Source: Nitrospirae bacterium RIFCSPLOWO2_02_FULL_62_14 (GTDB lineage Bacteria > Nitrospirota > Nitrospiria > Nitrospirales > Nitrospiraceae). From it: DNA of 57,109 bases. Below the pieces are notes generated by a model that searched no databases, was not told the DNA's origin, and saw only the letters and a program-made list of their open reading frames with translations. Positions 52,540 to 57,109 of the stretch are shown piece after piece; positions within the stretch are counted from its first letter, which is position 1, and each line of letters begins with the position of its first letter. The stretch is from contig MHEU01000067.1 in the NCBI GenBank assembly GCA_001805245.1, positions 1 through 57,109 of the forward strand, given 5' to 3'. The position numbers and the translations under genes were made by a program.

Positions 52540-54423
52540 ATGGATCAGCAGAGTTCGACAGTCTCCCCCCAGACGCACCTGTCGCCGGCCGACCGGCGGG
52601 AGAATATCCGCAATATCGCCATCATCGCCCACGTGGACCACGGCAAGACCACGCTGGTGGACGCCCTGCTCCGCCAGACGCACGTCCACCGGAAGATCAA
52701 CGACATGGGCGAGCGCATGATGGATTCCATGGACCAGGAGCGCGAGCGCGGCATTACCATCCGCGCGAAAAACGCGAGCATCATGTATCAGGACGTCAAG
52801 ATCAACATCGTGGACACGCCGGGCCACGCCGACTTCGGCGGCGAGGTGGAACGGACGCTCCGCATGGTGGACGGGGTGCTGATCCTGGTGGACGCGAAGG
52901 AAGGCCCCATGCCGCAGACGACCTTCGTGCTGCGCAAGGCCCTCGCGCTCGGCCACAGGGCCATCGTCGTCATCAACAAGATCGACCGCCAGGACGCCGT
53001 GGTGGACGACGTGGTGAACCGGACCTTCGATCTGTTCGGCGCGCTGGGCGCGACCAACGAACAGCTGGATTTCCCCATCGTCTACACCTCCGCCATCAAC
53101 GGCATCGCGACGCTGGACATCAACAAGCCCGGCACGGACATCACGCCGCTCTTGGACACGATCCTGGCGCATGTGCCGGCCCCGGCCATCAATGCCGAGG
53201 CCCCGCTCCAGATTCTCGTGCTCGCGCTGTCCCACGATTCGTACAAGGGCAAGATGGGCATCGGCAAGATCCTGTCAGGCTCGATCGCGCGGCGCCAGAA
53301 CGTCGTCCGCATCACCCGCGAGGGAGTGCACGTGCCCGGCAAAGTGAGCGAGCTGGCGGTCTTCTCCGGATTGGAACGGCTGGACGTGGACAAAGCCGAG
53401 GCCGGCGAGATCGTGGCCGTGGCCGGATTGCCGGAGATCAGCATCGGCGAGACGATCGCGGATGCGGAGCATCCCATCGCGCTCCCGCCGGTCAAGATCG
53501 ACGAACCGACCGTCCAGATGACCTTTGCCGTGAACACGAGCCCCTTCGCCGGGCGCGAGGGCAAATACCTGACCTCCCGCCATCTGCGCGAGCGGCTGTT
53601 CAAGGAATTGGAAACCAACGTCTCCCTGCGCGTGGAGGAAACCGACAGCCCCGACCGTTTCCTGGTGGCGGGCCGCGGCGAGTTGCACCTGGCCGTGCTG
53701 ATCGAGCAGATGCGGCGCGAAGGCTACGAGCTGCAAGTCTCGCAGCCGGAGGTGATTCTGCACCGGGACGGCGGGATCACCACGGAGCCCTACGAAGAGC
53801 TGACCATCTCCGTGCCCGCCGACTACCAGGGCACGGTCATCGAGGAGATCGGCACGCGCCGGGGCGAGCTGCGGCACATGAAACTGGTACACTCTGAGGG
53901 CAGCTCCGGCGAGATGCACCTGGAGTACCACATTCCTACGCGCGGCGTGATCGGCCTCAAGGGCGTGCTCCTGACCAAGACCCGCGGGACCGTCATCATG
54001 CACCACGTGTTCAAGGAGTACGGCCCCTACGACGAGCGCTCGCTCGTGACGGCGCCGCACGGCTCGCTGGTCGCGCACGAGGACGGCACGAGCAACGCCT
54101 ACGGCCTGTTCATGATGCAGGAGCGCGGCGCGCTGTTCCTCAGCCCCGGCGTCGAGGTCTATCGCGGCATGGTCGTCGGTCAGAACAGCCGCGACGAGGA
54201 TCTGGACGTCAACGTGTGCAAAGCCAAGCAGTTGACCAATATGCGGGCGTCGGGATCCGACGAAGCACTGACCCTGACCCCGCCCCGTCCCATGACGCTG
54301 GAGTTCGCCCTGGAATACATCGGCTCCGACGAACTGGTCGAAGTGACGCCGTCCAGCATCCGCATCCGCAAGCGGATGCTTAATCCGGAAGACCGCCGCA
54401 AGGCCCGCAAGAACAAAGCCTGA
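52540..54423 (+). CDS. typA: translational GTPase TypA/BipA
   Basis: [31 protein letters not shown] and NKIDR motifs. Confidence 0.95.
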   Translation: MDQQSSTVSPQTHLSPADRRENIRNIAIIAHVDHGKTTLVDALLRQTHVHRKINDMGERMMDSMDQERERGITIRAKNASIMYQDVKINIVDTPGHADFGGEVERTLRMVDGVLILVDAKEGPMPQTTFVLRKALALGHRAIVVINKIDRQDAVVDDVVNRTFDLFGALGATNEQLDFPIVYTSAINGIATLDINKPGTDITPLLDTILAHVPAPAINAEAPLQILVLALSHDSYKGKMGIGKILSGSIARRQNVVRITREGVHVPGKVSELAVFSGLERLDVDKAEAGEIVAVAGLPEISIGETIADAEHPIALPPVKIDEPTVQMTFAVNTSPFAGREGKYLTSRHLRERLFKELETNVSLRVEETDSPDRFLVAGRGELHLAVLIEQMRREGYELQVSQPEVILHRDGGITTEPYEELTISVPADYQGTVIEEIGTRRGELRHMKLVHSEGSSGEMHLEYHIPTRGVIGLKGVLLTKTRGTVIMHHVFKEYGPYDERSLVTAPHGSLVAHEDGTSNAYGLFMMQERGALFLSPGVEVYRGMVVGQNSRDEDLDVNVCKAKQLTNMRASGSDEALTLTPPRPMTLEFALEYIGSDELVEVTPSSIRIRKRMLNPEDRRKARKNKA

Positions 54424-54430
54424 CGGCGAG

Positions 54431-54506
54431 CAGTCGAAAGTCCGAAAGTCTAAAGTCTGAAAGTCCCAACCGACTTTAAGACTTTCTGACTTGATGACTT
54501 TCAGAC
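54431..54506. repeat. family-B dyad repeat, copy B3
   Basis: agtcgaa agtccgaa agtctaa agtctgaa agtccc aacc gacttta agactttc tgacttga tgactttc agac. Confidence 0.85.
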
Positions 54507-54546
54507 GATCAAACAAAGCCACCTGTTTTTTCAACATCCTGCTGCC

Positions 54547-55284
54547 ATGAAAATACGCAAGAAATCGCCGAAACCATCCGGTTCGGAGCGGCCGTGCTAT
54601 GTCATCGGCTACTCCTCGCCTGCCCCTTCGGCTGCCGAGCTCCAGATGTGGTTCGATCTGGAATACGGCGGGCCGCTGAAACTGAAAGAATCGGGAGAGA
54701 CACTGGTCGCAACGCACGGGCCATGGAACGGGCAGGTGCAACTGGCGTCTTCTCAAGCGGACGCCTGGTCGAAGCGGCTGGACTGGCGCCACACCAATGC
54801 CGGCATGGTCCTGCGACCATCGGTCACGCCGCAGCAGGCTTGCGATCTCGTGCTCTTTGCAGCCCGCCTGGCCAGGGGATTGACCCTGCTGACCCAGGGC
54901 ACGGCCTACGACATAGTCACGCACACCTATCTCAATCCATCCGACTGGACGGACCGGCCGCTGGACCGGTTTCGCACGGCGGATCACGTGACCGTCTCAC
55001 AGACCGATTCGCCCGATCCGCAGACGGATTGGTTCCACACGCTGGGACTGAGCAAGTTCGGATTGGACGAGTTGGAAGTGTTTCGCCCTGCCGGATTGCC
55101 TGACCGGCCGACGCTGGAAACCTTGACCGCCATTGCGGACGAGATGCTCCGCATCGGCCGCTCGCCGAACATCGGCACGACGGTTCCGCTCCCCGTCCTG
55201 GGTCTCTCGATCATGGTCAAGCGGCACAGGACCGCGGCTCCGACCGGCCTCTCGCTCCCCTTTCGTGAAATCAGCTGGCAATAG
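54547..55284 (+). CDS. hypothetical protein
   Basis: 245-aa ORF flanked by repeats. No family recognised. Confidence 0.5.
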   Translation: MKIRKKSPKPSGSERPCYVIGYSSPAPSAAELQMWFDLEYGGPLKLKESGETLVATHGPWNGQVQLASSQADAWSKRLDWRHTNAGMVLRPSVTPQQACDLVLFAARLARGLTLLTQGTAYDIVTHTYLNPSDWTDRPLDRFRTADHVTVSQTDSPDPQTDWFHTLGLSKFGLDELEVFRPAGLPDRPTLETLTAIADEMLRIGRSPNIGTTVPLPVLGLSIMVKRHRTAAPTGLSLPFREISWQ

Positions 55285-55439
55285 CCTCAACAACTGAAAA
55301 CGCAATATAAAACAACATGATATCAGCTTGGTACTGAGATTGGCCTAGGCCTTCTGGCCAATTGACAAGCTTTCTCGGGCCGTGTTACCACACAGGCCGC
55401 AGGAGTTAAGTGTTTTCAACCAACGCAAGGAGGCCGGCC

Positions 55440-55910
55440 ATGTCAGATGTGAAACCGGAAATCAAGGTGGGAGATACGGCTCCCGATTTTACGCTGAAAG
55501 ATCAGGATCAGAAGGACGTCAAGCTGAGCGACTTCAAGGGCAAGAAGAACGTCGTGCTCTGCTTCTACCCGCTGGACTGGAGCCCGGTCTGCCAGGGCGA
55601 GAACAAGTGCCTCACCGACGACTTCCCCAAATTCGAGGGCGCGCATGCCGAAGTGTTCGGCATCAGCTGCGACAGCTTCTTCTCCCACAAGGCCTGGGCG
55701 GATTCGCTGGACCTGAAGCATCGCCTGCTGGCCGACATGCACCGGACCACGTGCAAGGCCTACGGCCTCTATTTCGAGCCGCTGAACTGCGCGAAGCGCG
55801 CGACCGTCATCGTGGATAAGAACGGCAAGGTCGCCTATGTGAAGGTGCAGGAGATCAAGGTGGCGCGCGAGGACAAGGACATCTTCGCCGCCCTCGCGAA
55901 GCTCAGCTAA
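55440..55910 (+). CDS. AhpE-like 1-Cys peroxiredoxin
   Basis: FYPLDWSPVCQGE resembles the FPLAFTGICQGE type. AAGGAGG RBS. Confidence 0.85.
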   Translation: MSDVKPEIKVGDTAPDFTLKDQDQKDVKLSDFKGKKNVVLCFYPLDWSPVCQGENKCLTDDFPKFEGAHAEVFGISCDSFFSHKAWADSLDLKHRLLADMHRTTCKAYGLYFEPLNCAKRATVIVDKNGKVAYVKVQEIKVAREDKDIFAALAKLS

Positions 55911-55916
55911 AGCTCC

Positions 55917-56002
55917 GTCAGAAAGTCCGAAAGTCTGAAAGTCTTCAAGTCTGGGCTTTCGACTTTCGGACTTATGACTTTACGACCTTATGACTTTATG
56001 AC
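55917..56002. repeat. family-B dyad repeat, copy B4
   Basis: cagaaagtccgaaagtctgaaagtcttcaagtc ... ctttcgactttcggacttatgactttacgaccttatgactttatgac. Confidence 0.85.
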
Positions 56003-56339
56003 TGGCACCGTCGAAGACGTCAGCGACGCGAATTACAAGGAATTCACCGATGCTCCGGCATCGGTCATCGCCTATGGGCTGGCGACCTGCGAGCCCTGCA
56101 AGACCTACGATCCGATATTGGAAGCCACCGCGGCGAAATTTTCCAACGTCAAGGTCGGCAAGGCCAGGATGCATGTGCCCGGCCGCTGCCGCGAGATCAA
56201 GCGGACGCACACGTTCGAGAGCTACCCGACGACACACTTTTTTTCAAAGGGGAAACTGCTGCTGACCCGTGAAGGAGTCGTCGAGCCGGCCGAACTGGCC
56301 TCGCTGATCAACGACCATCTGTTGAAGGGCGAGGATTAG
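55998..56339 (+). CDS. thioredoxin-fold protein with CEPC motif
   Basis: VIAYGLATCEPCKTYDPILE. ATG 55998 preferred because the earlier codons lie in repeat B4. Confidence 0.6.
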   Translation: MTGTVEDVSDANYKEFTDAPASVIAYGLATCEPCKTYDPILEATAAKFSNVKVGKARMHVPGRCREIKRTHTFESYPTTHFFSKGKLLLTREGVVEPAELASLINDHLLKGED

Positions 56340-56424
56340 TCGGAAAGTCTGTAAAGTCCGAAAGTCATCAAGTTGTCGCGCGGCCCGACTTTGGACTTTT
56401 TGACTTTACGACTTTATAGACTCG
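56338..56424. repeat. family-B dyad repeat, copy B5
   Basis: agtcggaaagtctgtaaagtccgaaagtcatcaagt ... gactttggactttttgactttacgactttatagac. Confidence 0.85.
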
Positions 56425-56429
56425 CCCCG

Positions 56430-57109
56430 TCATGATTCGGCGTATTCGTAACTCAGATCGTCCGATTCCACCAGCCTGATTTTCTGCAGCCGGCCGCTCG
56501 GTAGGGCCTTGGCCAGCAACGACCAGATGAACCGCGCAAGCGTTTCGCCCGTCAGCGGGCGGGACGCAAAGGCCGGATCCTGCCCCAGGTTCCTGCCGGT
56601 ACACCGGCTGACGACCAGTTCCTGCACCATGCGATCCACGGCTCCGATATCCGTGACCATCCCGGTTTCCGGATGGATGTCGCCCTCGACGGTCACTTCC
56701 AGCGCATAATTATGCCCCGCCTGGCCCTGCTGGGCATTGGCCGCAGGCAGCGAGGCCGGGAAATGATACCGGCGCGTCAGGCTCGCGCGGTTGCCTGCCT
56801 GGTCTTTTACGGTGACGTCGGCCCAGAGATCGTCCTCCTCGTAGAGCCGGATCCGTTCCAGCCGGCCGATTTCAGAGCGCGCGGCCAGCTTGCCCCAGAG
56901 GACCGTGGCGATATTCTCCGTCGTGGGAACGGTCTTGGCGAAATACGGCACATCGAGGTTGAGGTGCTTGTGATCGAACTCCTCCAGAACCTCCTGGAGG
57001 ACGACTTTGAGATCGAACAGATTGACGACCATGCCGGTATGACGGTCCACCGGCCCTGCGACCGTCACCTCCAGCAGATAGTTGTGGCCGTGGCCGGGGG
57101 CATTGTTGC
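56430..57109 (-). CDS. tandem-domain 6-pyruvoyl-tetrahydropterin / 6-carboxytetrahydropterin synthase-like protein, 5' end outside the window
   Basis: The reading frame stays open to the window edge (…NNAPGHGHNYLLEVTV). The second repeat starts AGHNYALEVTVEG. Confidence 0.7.
   Translation of the reverse strand, partial: NNAPGHGHNYLLEVTVAGPVDRHTGMVVNLFDLKVVLQEVLEEFDHKHLNLDVPYFAKTVPTTENIATVLWGKLAARSEIGRLERIRLYEEDDLWADVTVKDQAGNRASLTRRYHFPASLPAANAQQGQAGHNYALEVTVEGDIHPETGMVTDIGAVDRMVQELVVSRCTGRNLGQDPAFASRPLTGETLARFIWSLLAKALPSGRLQKIRLVESDDLSYEYAES

Overview
GC-rich bacterial chromosomal segment with Gram-negative-type envelope genes (TolC-like OMP, PBP1A, lipoproteins). I saw no rRNA, CRISPR array, transposase or integrase. 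Gene content loosely suggests a Nitrospirota-like organism, but I cannot verify that. I call about 55 protein genes and 3 tRNAs. The left 5 kb holds small minus-strand accessory cassettes: a DUF4160/DUF2442 pair, a nucleotidyltransferase pair and three tandem PilZ proteins. The rest is mostly housekeeping: maf-dus, a DUF692 (MNIO) fusion protein, LOG-family nucleosidase, DHH phosphoesterase, rhomboid and purE. Next come an HlyD-TolC-ABC export operon, rluF, a polyamine set (pdaD-speB, ALDH, deoxyhypusine-synthase-like), glnS, ttcA and msrA. The remainder is gltX with two tRNA-Gln, fdx/iscRSUA-hscBA-iscX, mrcA, typA, a prx/trx pair and a truncated tandem QueD-like gene. The most unusual signal is in the non-coding DNA. 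Most of the larger intergenic gaps carry dyad elements assembled from short degenerate words of 7, 8 or 9 nt, one arm being a run of a word and the other a run of its complement. I count at least six word families and more than 25 copies. Some copies are composite, and some are translated into gene termini or into an internal protein linker. I do not recognise these as a named repeat family. Three gene-level candidates for undescribed systems stand out. One is an operon embedding an orphan GspG-like pseudopilin (with a ~95-aa low-complexity insert) in a HAMP / hybrid kinase / HD-GYP c-di-GMP module. Another is a type-I-secretion-like operon whose only ABC protein is degenerate in every catalytic NBD motif. 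The third is a DUF692 protein fused to a C-terminal domain through a repeat copy, with no precursor peptide nearby. All domain calls rest on motifs read by eye. No searches were run.
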